From: an uncultured Candidatus Saccharibacteria bacterium
GTDB lineage: Bacteria; Patescibacteriota; Minisyncoccia; Phycocordibacterales; UBA12445
Reading direction: 5' to 3'
DNA length: 64,000 nucleotides
NCBI GenBank assembly: GCA_964531375.1
Contig: CAZHDO010000001.1
Location: forward strand, 196,861-260,860
Within the stretch, counting starts at the first letter, position 1, and each line of letters starts with the position of its first letter. The position numbers were made by a program, and so were the translations under genes. The notes under the pieces were generated by a model that was not told the origin of the DNA, made no database searches, and saw nothing but the letters and a program-made list of their open reading frames with translations. Positions 36,388 to 46,864 of the stretch are shown here, in pieces.

Positions 36388-37239
36388 TTGGAAAACATCG
36401 ATAAATACGGTATTTGGAGGCCAGGAATATTTGAACGGTTTTCGTTTGTTAAGTACGGGGGGTCAACTCGAATATTCAAGAAGTATTTGGGCTTGGACCC
36501 TAATCGACCTGTATTGTCTACTTTTCGAGAGCAAGAAAGGCTCAGCTATCCATTGTGTAAAAAAAGAGTGGCGGCGCGTTTTCTTATTTCGCTTTTGAAA
36601 AAGATTGCACCAGGGGCTGATTCTCACCAGGTTATTAAAACAAAACTGGCTCATGGTAATAAAATCCTTGTTGTGGATCATAATTTCTTTAAATTATCCC
36701 AACAAGAAAAAATCGAGGCTTCTCTTGGTTTTGATGGAATGGTAACAAGTGTGTCGGACGCAACGTTGTTCTTATCTGGAGCCGACTGTCCTCCTGTTGC
36801 CTTCTTTGACCCAATTAATGGAGTAATTGGACTAGTTCATTCCGGCTGGAGAGGAACAGTTGCTCGGATTTCTTCCGAATGTGTCAAGATGATGCAAAGG
36901 AATTTTGGCACAGAAGCAAAGCACCTTGTTGTTTCAGTTGGCCCCTCAATTGCCAAAAATGAATTTGAGGTTGGCGGTGATGTTTTTACTGCTTTCAAAA
37001 ACAACGGGTATGCTGAGGATGATCTAAAAAAATACTTTTGGCCGATTTCTCTCCAGAAGTGGTTGTTAGACCTCCCTTTGGTTATAAAAGATCAAGTAAT
37101 CGAGGCAGGTGTTTTGGCGAAGAATATTGAGTGTTCTTCTTTTACAACCAGCGGAAACAGTAATGTTTTTGCCTCCGCAAGGGTCTCTGGGGGTGTTGAG
37201 AAGATTGATTCTAATTTTTTTCTCCTCTCTCTTGTTTGA
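36388..37239 (+). CDS. pgeF: PgeF/YfiH (DUF152) purine nucleoside phosphorylase / peptidoglycan-editing-factor family
   Basis: GADCPPVAFFDPINGVIGLVHSGWRG is conserved in the family. Confidence 0.75.
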   Translation: MENIDKYGIWRPGIFERFSFVKYGGSTRIFKKYLGLDPNRPVLSTFREQERLSYPLCKKRVAARFLISLLKKIAPGADSHQVIKTKLAHGNKILVVDHNFFKLSQQEKIEASLGFDGMVTSVSDATLFLSGADCPPVAFFDPINGVIGLVHSGWRGTVARISSECVKMMQRNFGTEAKHLVVSVGPSIAKNEFEVGGDVFTAFKNNGYAEDDLKKYFWPISLQKWLLDLPLVIKDQVIEAGVLAKNIECSSFTTSGNSNVFASARVSGGVEKIDSNFFLLSLV

Positions 37240-37341
37240 TCATTGGGCGTGCTGTGGCTTTCCGCAAGCACGCCTTTTTCTTTTCTTAAAAAATATAATT
37301 GCTATACTTAAATAATTGGTTTTAATAGTTAATAACACAAT

Positions 37342-37896
37342 ATGAAAGTAATTGGTGTAACTGGAACAAATGCATCTGGAAAGGATGCTGTGGCTGAATA
37401 TTTGAATAAAAAATATGGATATAAGAATTATTCTCTTTCAAACGAAATTAGGTTTGAATTAACAAAATTGGGACTAGAACACTCAAGAGAGAACTTGATT
37501 ATGAAGGGAAATCAAATAAGGGAGAATTTTGACGCAAATGAGTTGGCTATAAGGGCTATCAATAGAATTATAAGCGACGGTATCAGTGAGGTTATCGTAA
37601 CAAGTATAAGAAATCCGGCGGAAATTATAGAATTAAAAAATAATTTTAAGGATTTTAGAATGATATTTGTTGATGCGCCAGTTGCCATAAGATATGAGAG
37701 GTCTCAGAAGAGGGGAAGAATGGGCGACGGAGAAAGTTTAGAGGAATTTATTGAAAAAGAAAGCAGAGAGTTGGATGCAGGTGAAAAAGGACAAAGATTA
37801 ATTGCTTGTAGTAAACTTGCTGATTTTAAAATTTCGAACGATAAAGATTTGAAACATCTTGAAGACGAGATAGAAAAAATAATTTCGCAAATATAA
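37342..37896 (+). CDS. P-loop nucleotide/nucleoside kinase-like protein (dephospho-CoA kinase/AAA-like)
   Basis: Walker A IGVTGTNASGKD at the N-terminus. 184 aa. Confidence 0.5.
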   Translation: MKVIGVTGTNASGKDAVAEYLNKKYGYKNYSLSNEIRFELTKLGLEHSRENLIMKGNQIRENFDANELAIRAINRIISDGISEVIVTSIRNPAEIIELKNNFKDFRMIFVDAPVAIRYERSQKRGRMGDGESLEEFIEKESRELDAGEKGQRLIACSKLADFKISNDKDLKHLEDEIEKIISQI

Positions 37897-37906
37897 AATA
37901 ATTTAA

Positions 37907-37935
37907 AACCCACTAAAAATAAAGTGGGTTTTAAA
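37907..37935 (+). terminator. rho-independent terminator
   Basis: AAAACCCACT-aaaaataa-AGTGGGTTTT. Confidence 0.55.
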
Positions 37936-38283
37936 TTGGTGGGGAGTGTAAGGTTTAAAATACATATCGTGTCGCACAATATATCTTTTGCGACACAGAT
38001 ACACTAAAAATATGGCTATATTATGATTACGGCACCACCCTACCTAATTCTTAATTTTTATGATGTTCAAGAAAAAGAATAATTTATTTTAGTTTATAAC
38101 ATTCATAAAAATTTTTAATCACAAATACATCTCAATAATAATAAAAAAACTACCCCATTGTTAAGGTGTCCTTTTTTTTGATATTTTTTTATTTTTACTT
38201 TTTATTAAAAATTTTTTGTAATTTTTGAATTTTGCAAATATTTAGAGTTTTGCCAATATATAAAGATGACCCATAGTTCATCT

Positions 38284-38532
38284 TTAAATATTAACTCTTC
38301 TTATAAACGATTTTAGGAGCTCGAAAATTGAGCTTGTGATGTTTGGCACATAGCTATCGTAAATATTTCCAAAATATGCTTTTGAGTTTAAAAAATTGTT
38401 TTTAACAATATCTGAATCGAGGATTTTTTTAATATCTTTGCCAAAGTAACCTATAAATATTAAAACAACAATAAATAGTAAAATATTTTTTATAAAACCT
38501 TTTTGGGGATTATTTTTTGGCAATTGTTTCAC
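38284..38532 (-). CDS. small membrane protein (82 aa)
   Basis: One TM helix, ILLFIVVLIFIGYF. Lies immediately downstream of the M23 peptidase gene. Confidence 0.35.
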   Translation of the reverse strand: MKQLPKNNPQKGFIKNILLFIVVLIFIGYFGKDIKKILDSDIVKNNFLNSKAYFGNIYDSYVPNITSSIFELLKSFIRRVNI

Positions 38533-38551
38533 GTAAATTTAATTTAAAAAA

Positions 38552-39874
38552 TTAATCAATCTTTAAATTACTTCCAGTTGCTGGTAAATATACTTGTGGG
38601 TCAAGATACGCATTTAATGGTGCCAGTGGAAGTCTTAAATATGTACCACATGTTTTACTCTTATATTCAGTTGGTCCTGCTATTCTGACTGCATTTCCCA
38701 CAAACACTGTAAAATGAAGATGTGGGGCTTCTGAGTACCCTGTATTTCCGCTGTAGCCTATTATATCGCCAGTGTGAATTTCTTGACCGGCCTTAGCCTT
38801 TATTAATTCCAAGTGACCATATAGTGTTGCTAGTCCGTTTTTGTGCTTAATTAAGACCCATCTGCCATATGAGGCATCTTTGCATGATATGTCTGTATCT
38901 CCAGTGCCCATAACAAACCCATCTGCGGTCGCTCTTAGGGGTGTTCCTTGTCTGGCTCTAAAATCAACACCATTATGCGTGCCTGATGCATAAAGTCTTC
39001 TTGAGTCTGCTGTTTTTCCAAATTTTTGGGTTATAAATGGCACATCAACAGGCCAAGAAAGTACTCTACTACCGGCTCTTGGAAAGCTGTTCGGGTCAAT
39101 CGCAACCTTAAGCTCGGCTTCATAATCAAACATTTCTCTGTCCATGCTTTCCATCTTTTTCTTTCTGTCGGCAAGTATTTTTTTATAGTTAGCTTCCTGG
39201 TTTTTTGTCTGGACAAGAAGATTGTTTTTGTACTTTTTATTTTGACTGGCAATATTTTTTTGGTCTAAAAGTTGCGAGTGTAGTTCGTCTAGGTTTTTTT
39301 TCTGAATATCAATTTCTTTCTTGTTAATTTGAAGTGTTGTTTTTTTATTTTCTAATCCTCTTATTCTTACATTGACATTTTCTTGAAGTTGTTCGAGCGA
39401 ATCTATTTCACTCCATGCTTCAGAAAATTTTGTACTAGATAGGATTGTCTCAATTGAATTTTTGTTCCCGCTTTCGTTTATAATTCTTAGCATCTCAGAG
39501 ACTGATTTTTTATCAGCTGAAATATCATTCTCTTTTTGATTTATGTCAATTATTAAGCTTTGAATGCTCAATTCAGCAGATTTTATCTTGTTTTCAGTAA
39601 TTTTTACTTGATTGTCTAGTTGCGCCATCGTATTAACGAGTATAGAAAGCTCGTTTTTAAGAGACTTAGCTTGACCTTGAGTTTGAAGGATCGATTTGTC
39701 GAGGGCTTCAATTTCTTTTTGTATCTTATCTCGCTCCTCGTTAATATTTTTTATTTGATTTTTAAGCTCGTCGATGGTTGCGCTTTTTGCTCTAAAAATA
39801 CTTACATTAAAAAAACATAATGTAATAAAAAAAATAATGAAAAATTTATTTATTTTTTTATAATTTATTGGCAT
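38552..39874 (-). CDS. M23-family peptidoglycan endopeptidase with N-terminal coiled coil (EnvC-like)
   Basis: Signal/TM segment, about 200-aa coiled coil, and LytM domain HNGVDF...HLHF. Confidence 0.85.
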   Translation of the reverse strand: MPINYKKINKFFIIFFITLCFFNVSIFRAKSATIDELKNQIKNINEERDKIQKEIEALDKSILQTQGQAKSLKNELSILVNTMAQLDNQVKITENKIKSAELSIQSLIIDINQKENDISADKKSVSEMLRIINESGNKNSIETILSSTKFSEAWSEIDSLEQLQENVNVRIRGLENKKTTLQINKKEIDIQKKNLDELHSQLLDQKNIASQNKKYKNNLLVQTKNQEANYKKILADRKKKMESMDREMFDYEAELKVAIDPNSFPRAGSRVLSWPVDVPFITQKFGKTADSRRLYASGTHNGVDFRARQGTPLRATADGFVMGTGDTDISCKDASYGRWVLIKHKNGLATLYGHLELIKAKAGQEIHTGDIIGYSGNTGYSEAPHLHFTVFVGNAVRIAGPTEYKSKTCGTYLRLPLAPLNAYLDPQVYLPATGSNLKID

Positions 39875-41162
39875 AAGACAGACGTTTTAAAGTCTCATCT
39901 TTTCCAAGAATTTCAGCCAAAGTGAATGGATCTGGTGATTTTTCTTTTCCTGAAAGCGCTACTCTCATTGGCCACAGTACTTCCCCTCTCCCCGCCTCTG
40001 TGGCAAAGTCCCAAAGTGAGCTTTTTATTTTTTCATAGAAAAATTCTGAAGAATCAATGTTTTTTAGTAGTTTGATTACCTTGGATAAGTGAATCGTATT
40101 TTTTAGTAAACCGTTTTCGTATTTTGGATCTTCAAAAAAATAATCAAACTCCCCTGAGCTAAATATACCAGTTACATCTGATAGCTTCTCTACCCTGTCT
40201 GAAATTAATCCTAATAATTTTGGATATATTTTTATAAAATTTGAATGGGATTTTTTTTCTGTGGGAATATGTTCCAAAAATATTTCCGATATTTTTTCTT
40301 TAGGAATTTTTTTAATATATTCCCTGTTCATCCAATTTAGTTTTTTAACATCGAAAACCCCACTTGATTTTTGAACCTTATCAAGAGAAAATTCTTTTAT
40401 TAATTCGTCTAGTGTAAAAAATTCTCTGTCATCGCCAGGATTCCAGCCAATAAGTGCTAGGAAGTTTATGAGTGTTTCTGGAAGGTATCCATCGTCTCTG
40501 TATTGAGTTACAGAAACAGCACCATGTCTTTTTGATAATTTGGTCTTGTCTGGGGCCAGGATGAGTGGAATATGTGCATATTTGGGTCTAGGAGCCCCTA
40601 TTGCTTCCTGAATGAGTATTTGTCTGGGTGTGTTCGCAATATGCTCCTGCCCTCTGATTACATGGTTTACTGACATTTCAAAATCGTCAACAACAACCGC
40701 TAAGTGATATAGGGGTGTATCCATATCTTTGGCAATAACAAAATCCCCAAGGTCTGTTGTGTCAACTTCTATGTCTCCAAGTATTAAATCCTTAAAAATA
40801 ATTTTTTTATTTGGATTTTTGAATCTTATAACTTCTGTCCTATCGCCTTCTTCTTTTGGAATTTCTTTAGACAAATATGCATTTCCGTTTTTTACTAATT
40901 TATCTAGGTATTTTTTATAAATTTCAGTTCTTTCTGATTGTCTTATTATGGGAGGAATTTTTATTCCAACCCACGCTAAAGAATCCAAAATATTTTGTTC
41001 ATATTCTTTTTTTGATCTTTCTTTGTCTGTGTCCTCAATTCTAAAAAGCATTTCTCCTCCATTGTTTTTGGCAAAAAGATAATTAAATAGTGCAGTTCTA
41101 AGTCCTCCTACATGAAGATTACCTGTTGGCGATGGTGGAAATCTTGTGATAACTTTTTCCAT
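39858..41162 (-). CDS. gltX: glutamyl-tRNA synthetase
   Basis: HIGH (PSPTGNLHVGG) and KMSKS-like KLSKR motifs. Confidence 0.9.
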   Translation of the reverse strand: MEKVITRFPPSPTGNLHVGGLRTALFNYLFAKNNGGEMLFRIEDTDKERSKKEYEQNILDSLAWVGIKIPPIIRQSERTEIYKKYLDKLVKNGNAYLSKEIPKEEGDRTEVIRFKNPNKKIIFKDLILGDIEVDTTDLGDFVIAKDMDTPLYHLAVVVDDFEMSVNHVIRGQEHIANTPRQILIQEAIGAPRPKYAHIPLILAPDKTKLSKRHGAVSVTQYRDDGYLPETLINFLALIGWNPGDDREFFTLDELIKEFSLDKVQKSSGVFDVKKLNWMNREYIKKIPKEKISEIFLEHIPTEKKSHSNFIKIYPKLLGLISDRVEKLSDVTGIFSSGEFDYFFEDPKYENGLLKNTIHLSKVIKLLKNIDSSEFFYEKIKSSLWDFATEAGRGEVLWPMRVALSGKEKSPDPFTLAEILGKDETLKRLSYANKL

Positions 41163-41163
41163 T

Positions 41164-42300
41164 TTAATTTTCGTGTTCTAGGCTTATTTTAATAATTTCT
41201 GTGGCTATTTTATCAGCGGCATCTTTCGAAGAAAATTTTAAAGCTCCCTTTTTCATTTCTTCTTGTATGTTTGGGTTATTTATAATTCTATTTAATTCCG
41301 AAATTAGTATTGTTGAGTTTAGATTCCTTTCTTCTAGAACGGTGGCTCCGCTGACCCTAGCATAAGCAAATGCATTTTTTCTTTGGTCGCGACTAATTTC
41401 TTCTGGTATTGGTATTATTATACTAGGAAGACCCCAGCATGCAATTTCAAATATTGTGGATCCGGCCCTAGATATTACCACAGAAGAACACCCGGCGGCC
41501 ATTTTAAGGGCTGATTCGTTTAGGTGTGCGATTGGTTTGTATCTATTTTTAAATTCATTTTTTTCAAGAACGAACGATGCTCTGCCAGAGATGTCATTAA
41601 AATTATCTTTGCCGGTGTGGTGGATTATTTGATAATTTTTAGTTAATTCTTCTAGTGAGTCCACAATGACATTATTTATGTTCATTGCTCCCTGAGAACC
41701 ACCTGTTATGAAAATTATAGGCAATTTTTTATCCAATCCAAAATATTCATGCGATCCTTTTGTTATGGGGGTCAGTAATTCTTTCCTGATAGGATTTCCG
41801 GTTACAGCTGTTTTATTTTCTGGAAAATAGTTTAAGGCTTCTGGATATGAAACCGCAATTCTTTTTACAACTCCCCATTTGCTGACAATTAAATTAACTC
41901 TTCCAGGTATTGAATCTGATTCATGTAAGAAAATTGGAATTCTTAGTATTCTTGCAGCGCAAAGGCCCGGAAAACTAGCATACCCTCCTTTTCCAAAAAC
42001 AACATCGGGATATATCCAAAAAAGTTTCCAGGTCGCTGTAATTATCCCCCAAAAAGTTTTGAATGGATCAATAAAATAATTTCTAAATGAAAAATATTTT
42101 CTTAGTTTTCCTGCCAATGCTTTTTTAAAAGTAATTTTGTTTTCAAAAAGAAGTCTTTCGTCATAAGGAGAGTCAGACATGAAATATAACTCAACTCCAA
42201 CAAGTTTTTCCTGTTCTGTTATTTTGTTTATGGATTCTGCAACCGCAATGATTGGGTAAAAATGACCCCCAGTCCCCCCTCCACTAAATAAGATTTTCAT
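41164..42300 (-). CDS. murG: UDP-GlcNAc:undecaprenyl-PP-MurNAc-pentapeptide GlcNAc transferase
   Basis: MKILFSGGGTGGHFYP N-terminal G-loop. Confidence 0.9.
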   Translation of the reverse strand: MKILFSGGGTGGHFYPIIAVAESINKITEQEKLVGVELYFMSDSPYDERLLFENKITFKKALAGKLRKYFSFRNYFIDPFKTFWGIITATWKLFWIYPDVVFGKGGYASFPGLCAARILRIPIFLHESDSIPGRVNLIVSKWGVVKRIAVSYPEALNYFPENKTAVTGNPIRKELLTPITKGSHEYFGLDKKLPIIFITGGSQGAMNINNVIVDSLEELTKNYQIIHHTGKDNFNDISGRASFVLEKNEFKNRYKPIAHLNESALKMAAGCSSVVISRAGSTIFEIACWGLPSIIIPIPEEISRDQRKNAFAYARVSGATVLEERNLNSTILISELNRIINNPNIQEEMKKGALKFSSKDAADKIATEIIKISLEHEN

Positions 42301-42339
42301 AAGGAATATTATAGATAATTTTTATGATAAAGTCATTAT

Positions 42340-43467
42340 TTAAGCACTAATTCTTTGAGTCTCGGTGTTTTGATGTTTTATGTGCTTTGATATGTTTAAG
42401 ATAATACCCATCTCAAAAAGCGTTATAAACAAAGCCGTTCCTCCGTGACTTAAGAATATAAGAGGAACTCCTGTTAGTGGAACTATACCAAGCATTGCAC
42501 CCATGTTTATAAAAGACTGCCAAATAACAAGCGTCATTAAGCCAACTGTGGTTAACCTCCCATAATTTTCATGTGTTTGGTTTGCAATTCTTAGTCCACG
42601 TAGCCCAAAAAATAAAAATAATATTACAATCGCAGAACTACCTATAAAACCAAATTCTTCTCCGGCAACAGCAAAAATAGCATCACTTGTTGCTTCTGGT
42701 AAGAAAGTAAATTTCTGAATACTTTGTCCAAAACCTCTTCCTGTTAGCTTACCGGAGCCTATCGCAATTAGCGACTGCCTTAGTTGATAACCAGCCCCCT
42801 GTGGATCACGTGATGGATCTAGAAAGGTTTTTATTCTTTCCATTGCGTATGGTTTTATATAAATAACAACGACCACCATTAATACAACTAAGCCAATTAA
42901 GGCAATAAAATGTCTCCATCTTCCACCCGCTACAATAAACATAGCTAGGCCCGCAGCAATAATACTGAGCAGTGTTCCTGTGTCGTGTTGTTGGAGAATA
43001 ATAATAACAGGTAAAAGTAAAATTAAAATTGAAGGAAGTAGTCCGTATTTAAAAGTTTTTATTCTGTCTTTGGTGTAGGCTAAAAAAGAAGCATAAAAAA
43101 GAACAAAACCCAGTTTGATAATTTCCGATGGCTGGAAGTTTACGGGTCCAAGGATAATCCATCTTTTGGCTCCGCCAGCTTCTAGTCCCACACCAGGAAT
43201 AAATACACAAAGAGCCAGTATTAATGAACCAATATATATGTATTTAGAAGCAGAGTTCCAGTTCTTGTAATCAATCCGTGACGAAGTGTATAAAAATATC
43301 CAACCTAAAACTAAGCCTTGCATGACCTGCTTTATAATGGTCATTTTAAATTGATTTACGTTTTCTGTAAGTAGGCCCATTGAAGCAGAGGTAAAAATAA
43401 AAATTCCCAATACAGAAAGTATTATAAGTAAGGTTAAAAAAATTTTATCAACCCCAAGTTGTTTCAT
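42340..43467 (-). CDS. ftsW: SEDS-family peptidoglycan glycosyltransferase FtsW/RodA
   Basis: Ten TM helices and conserved SEDS loops. Located between mraY and murG. Confidence 0.85.
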   Translation of the reverse strand: MKQLGVDKIFLTLLIILSVLGIFIFTSASMGLLTENVNQFKMTIIKQVMQGLVLGWIFLYTSSRIDYKNWNSASKYIYIGSLILALCVFIPGVGLEAGGAKRWIILGPVNFQPSEIIKLGFVLFYASFLAYTKDRIKTFKYGLLPSILILLLPVIIILQQHDTGTLLSIIAAGLAMFIVAGGRWRHFIALIGLVVLMVVVVIYIKPYAMERIKTFLDPSRDPQGAGYQLRQSLIAIGSGKLTGRGFGQSIQKFTFLPEATSDAIFAVAGEEFGFIGSSAIVILFLFFGLRGLRIANQTHENYGRLTTVGLMTLVIWQSFINMGAMLGIVPLTGVPLIFLSHGGTALFITLFEMGIILNISKHIKHQNTETQRISA

Positions 43468-43487
43468 TTATTATATTTAGTAAAAGA

Positions 43488-44555
43488 TTATATTTGATTT
43501 GTTATTCCAACAACAGAAATAATCATTCCAATTACAGCAAACACAATACCAATAATCCAGTAGCGCATTGTAACTTTATAAGATGGCCAACCAAGGGCTT
43601 CAAAATGATGGTGAAGCGGGGCCACAAGAAAGACTTTTTTGCCACGTATTTTTTTGGATAAAAATTGAATTATAACCGAGGCGGTTGTCGCAATTAATGG
43701 AAAGGCTATTATTGGTAAAACAGCAACAGAGTTTGTAAGAAAGGCAACAATTGAAAGTGTTACTGTAAGGCCAAGCATGCCTGTTTCTGACATATAAAAT
43801 CTTGCTGGTGGAATATTAAACCACAAAAAAGCCAAAATACCACCAATAATAGCAGCGCAAAAAGTTGCTAAGTCTATTTGGTTTTGGAAAAAAGCAATTA
43901 CCCCATAGGCAGAAAATATAATAGACATAATTCCTCCAGCAAGTCCATCAATTCCGTCGATAACCCCGCCTGAAAAAAGCGCTAGAGTTACTAATATAAA
44001 AAATGGAATAAATAAAAAACCAAGTTCGATTGGACCTGCGAATGGTATTGCTACCGTTGACATACCTAATTTAAAATAAAACCAATATGCACCAATTGCT
44101 CCAATTCCAATGACAAATAAAATTCTTTTTGATAGTGCAAGGCCCCCTGCCACATAACCACCTCCCCCTTTAACTTGAAGTAGGTCATCTACTAATCCAA
44201 TAAGCGAAGAGGAAACAAGGGCAAATAAAGGGAGCCATGTTTGGTTTTTACTTAGAAAATTTAATTTTTGAGTTGCAAAAGACGGAAAAATATCAGACAA
44301 GAGCGATAATATTAAAATTGTAATAAGTGTACTTGCCCAAATTATAATTCCACCCATTCTTGGTGTTCCAACCTCTTTCTCTTTGTGAAGTTGGTTAAAA
44401 ATCGGAGTTTCTCCCCCGCCAAGCGCCTCGTTCCTTGCTTTCTTTTTCCACATTTTATTTGCGTAAAGATAGTTGGAAAGAAAAGGGGCAATAAAAATTC
44501 CCACGATAAAAGTGAGAGAGAATGAAATAAAAACTTTTACAACACTATTTATCAT
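43488..44555 (-). CDS. mraY: phospho-N-acetylmuramoyl-pentapeptide transferase
   Basis: VIDGIDGLAGG and DDLLQV motifs. Polytopic. Confidence 0.9.
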   Translation of the reverse strand: MINSVVKVFISFSLTFIVGIFIAPFLSNYLYANKMWKKKARNEALGGGETPIFNQLHKEKEVGTPRMGGIIIWASTLITILILSLLSDIFPSFATQKLNFLSKNQTWLPLFALVSSSLIGLVDDLLQVKGGGGYVAGGLALSKRILFVIGIGAIGAYWFYFKLGMSTVAIPFAGPIELGFLFIPFFILVTLALFSGGVIDGIDGLAGGIMSIIFSAYGVIAFFQNQIDLATFCAAIIGGILAFLWFNIPPARFYMSETGMLGLTVTLSIVAFLTNSVAVLPIIAFPLIATTASVIIQFLSKKIRGKKVFLVAPLHHHFEALGWPSYKVTMRYWIIGIVFAVIGMIISVVGITNQI

Positions 44556-44573
44556 CTTTTTATTTTAACATAA

Positions 44574-45476
44574 TTAATTCGATAATGATTCTACTGTTGC
44601 TTTTGCAAGTGTTTCGACATCTGTAAATCTATCTTCTGGGGTTGACCCTAGTACAGATATTATAATTGGGTGAGATATTCCAGCGTCAAAGGCAATAACT
44701 AAGTTTCCACCCGCAAGGTCAGTCGTTCCTGTTTTAGAAGCCATTATTGTCGTCATTTTTGAAACATCAATATTTGTATTTTTGGATGCCTTTACCTCTC
44801 CATCCTCCGATGTTATTTTAATTTCTGGGTATTTTGTGGCTTCAAAAACATTAGGATATTTTTTTATTGCATATGCAAACATTTTTGAAGTATCTTCTGC
44901 TGAGCCATAAGCTCCAGCTAAGTGTTCGTTTTGATCAAGTCCAGTTTCATTTAAAAAGAACATGGTTTGTAGCCCCAATTCCTTTGCAATATTATTCATT
45001 TCCCCAACAAAATTAACATTATTTTGGGAATCATTTTTTGCATCCTCTATCTTCGACATGGCCTCAGCGATGTTGGCAATACCACTATTTGAAGAAGAGA
45101 CTAACGCAAATTTCATAAGATCAATAAGATCCCACCACTTTCCAGCAAATTTTACACTTTTATTGTTATCTAGACCTTCTGCAATTCTAAGGGCTGAAAT
45201 ACCACTCATTACTTTTGTAATGGATGCCAAAGGAAGTTGAGAAGACCCATTTTTCGTATAAATAAACTTTCCGCTGGTTGTGTCGTATATAGCCACTGCG
45301 CTTGCTTTTATTTTAATTTTATCGAAAGTCGATTCTTTTTCTGGTATAGATACCGCAATAGTTTGATTAGATTTATTCTTAAAAAAATACAACATTGGTA
45401 ATGCCGAAGAAGTGGTCAAAAAACCAAGGACACATAAAAAACCTATTAATTTTTTTGGATCTTTAAAGTAGCTCAT
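44574..45476 (-). CDS. D-alanyl-D-alanine carboxypeptidase (S11, PBP5-like)
   Basis: SxxK motif ASITKV with SxN and KTG-like motifs. The start is probably MSYFKD. Overlaps the scpB 3' end. Confidence 0.75.
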   Translation of the reverse strand: MSYFKDPKKLIGFLCVLGFLTTSSALPMLYFFKNKSNQTIAVSIPEKESTFDKIKIKASAVAIYDTTSGKFIYTKNGSSQLPLASITKVMSGISALRIAEGLDNNKSVKFAGKWWDLIDLMKFALVSSSNSGIANIAEAMSKIEDAKNDSQNNVNFVGEMNNIAKELGLQTMFFLNETGLDQNEHLAGAYGSAEDTSKMFAYAIKKYPNVFEATKYPEIKITSEDGEVKASKNTNIDVSKMTTIMASKTGTTDLAGGNLVIAFDAGISHPIIISVLGSTPEDRFTDVETLAKATVESLSN

Positions 45477-46047
45477 TTTTTTCTCCCCCTGTTGGAGTTT
45501 CCTCACCTAGTTGCGATTCGTCTTCTGGTGACAGTGTCGCATTAAGTTTGTTTATTACTGTAACATATTCTGGCAAATCTTCAATTCTTTTTATTCCCAA
45601 ATATTGAAGTAGGTTAATGGTTGGTTTGTATAGAAAAGCCCTTTGGTCGTTTGGGTCGATAATTTTTTCGACAAGACCCCTTATGAGTAAATTTCTTAGT
45701 ATAAAACTGGAGTTTACTCCCCTTATATTATCAACGTTGTTGCGACTTATTGGCCCCTTGTATGCGACAATCGTAAGTGTTTCAATACCAGCCTTGCCCA
45801 AGTCCCTGTCTAATTCCTCTTGCGTAAGTTTTTTAATTATTTCACTGGAGTCAGGAGACGTTCCTAAAGATACACTTTCTTCGTTCTCAATAAGAACAAT
45901 ACCCCTTTCTATTAATTTACCTTTTAGGATCAATAAAGAATTTTTTATGGCTTCCGTATCTGTGTTTAATATCTTTGCTAGTTCCTTTTTTGTAACAGGC
46001 TCTCCTTTAAAATATAGTATTGATTCTATTAATACATCTTTTTTCAT
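45463..46047 (-). CDS. scpB: segregation and condensation protein B
   Basis: Tandem winged-helix ScpB pattern (IESILYFKGEPV...). Confidence 0.85.
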   Translation of the reverse strand: MKKDVLIESILYFKGEPVTKKELAKILNTDTEAIKNSLLILKGKLIERGIVLIENEESVSLGTSPDSSEIIKKLTQEELDRDLGKAGIETLTIVAYKGPISRNNVDNIRGVNSSFILRNLLIRGLVEKIIDPNDQRAFLYKPTINLLQYLGIKRIEDLPEYVTVINKLNATLSPEDESQLGEETPTGGEKNELL

Positions 46048-46078
46048 AATAATATTTAAATAATTTTATTTCATATAT

Positions 46079-46846
46079 TTAATTCTCTCCATATCGAGGT
46101 ACCCTTGCCTCTCCTTGCTCTAGACTTATTTCTGAAAAATGCTCATTTTGAGTTACTCGAATCATTCCCCTTTTTACGAGCTCCAGCATTGCTAAAAAAT
46201 TGACAACTACGTTTATTTTATCGTTTTTTATCTCATCTTGCGAATTTAAACCTTTTTTCTTTGCGAATTCACTAAAATTCATTTTTAAACCAGACTGAAT
46301 TCTTGTGCTCAGGTTTTCGATAGCCTCTTCTAGGCTAATAACTTTTTTTACTTTAATTTCTGGAAGTTTTTCTTTTGTGGGTACGTTGTTAATAACCTCC
46401 TTTATAGACGATAGTAAATTACTTAAATTAATTTCATGTGTTGGTAGAAATATTTGTTGATTTTTTTTCTTAAGACCACCAAAGAATATTATTTTTTTAC
46501 CGAGATTGTCTTTTATAAAAATACTTTTCTCTTTTATATCTTTATATGCCTTTAGTCTTGATTCAAGTTCTTCAACGCTTTCTTTTTCTTCTTGTGTCAG
46601 ACTCACTCCAGGTAAAAGTGATATTGATTTTATTAGTATTAAAGTAGAGGCTATTATTATAAAATCAGTACCTTCTGTGAGAGGAAATTCTTCAAATTTT
46701 TCTAAGTATTCAATATAAGCATCAGTGATTTCTGACAATGCGATATCATTTATACAGAGTTTTCTTTTTTCTATGAGTGAAAGTAAAATATCAAGAGGTC
46801 CTTCGAAATCACTTACTTTTATTTTAAAACCAACTTCTTGTTCCAT
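46079..46846 (-). CDS. scpA: segregation and condensation protein A
   Basis: FEGPLDILLSLIEKRKL is the ScpA kleisin N-terminal motif. Confidence 0.85.
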   Translation of the reverse strand: MEQEVGFKIKVSDFEGPLDILLSLIEKRKLCINDIALSEITDAYIEYLEKFEEFPLTEGTDFIIIASTLILIKSISLLPGVSLTQEEKESVEELESRLKAYKDIKEKSIFIKDNLGKKIIFFGGLKKKNQQIFLPTHEINLSNLLSSIKEVINNVPTKEKLPEIKVKKVISLEEAIENLSTRIQSGLKMNFSEFAKKKGLNSQDEIKNDKINVVVNFLAMLELVKRGMIRVTQNEHFSEISLEQGEARVPRYGEN

Positions 46847-46864
46847 TATTTAATTATACTCTTT

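Noticed and set aside
36294-36681. Short antisense ORFs (36294..36479, 36463..36681) opposite the pgeF 5' region
   Set aside because: They overlap the better-supported pgeF frame and have no RBS, so they are likely spurious.
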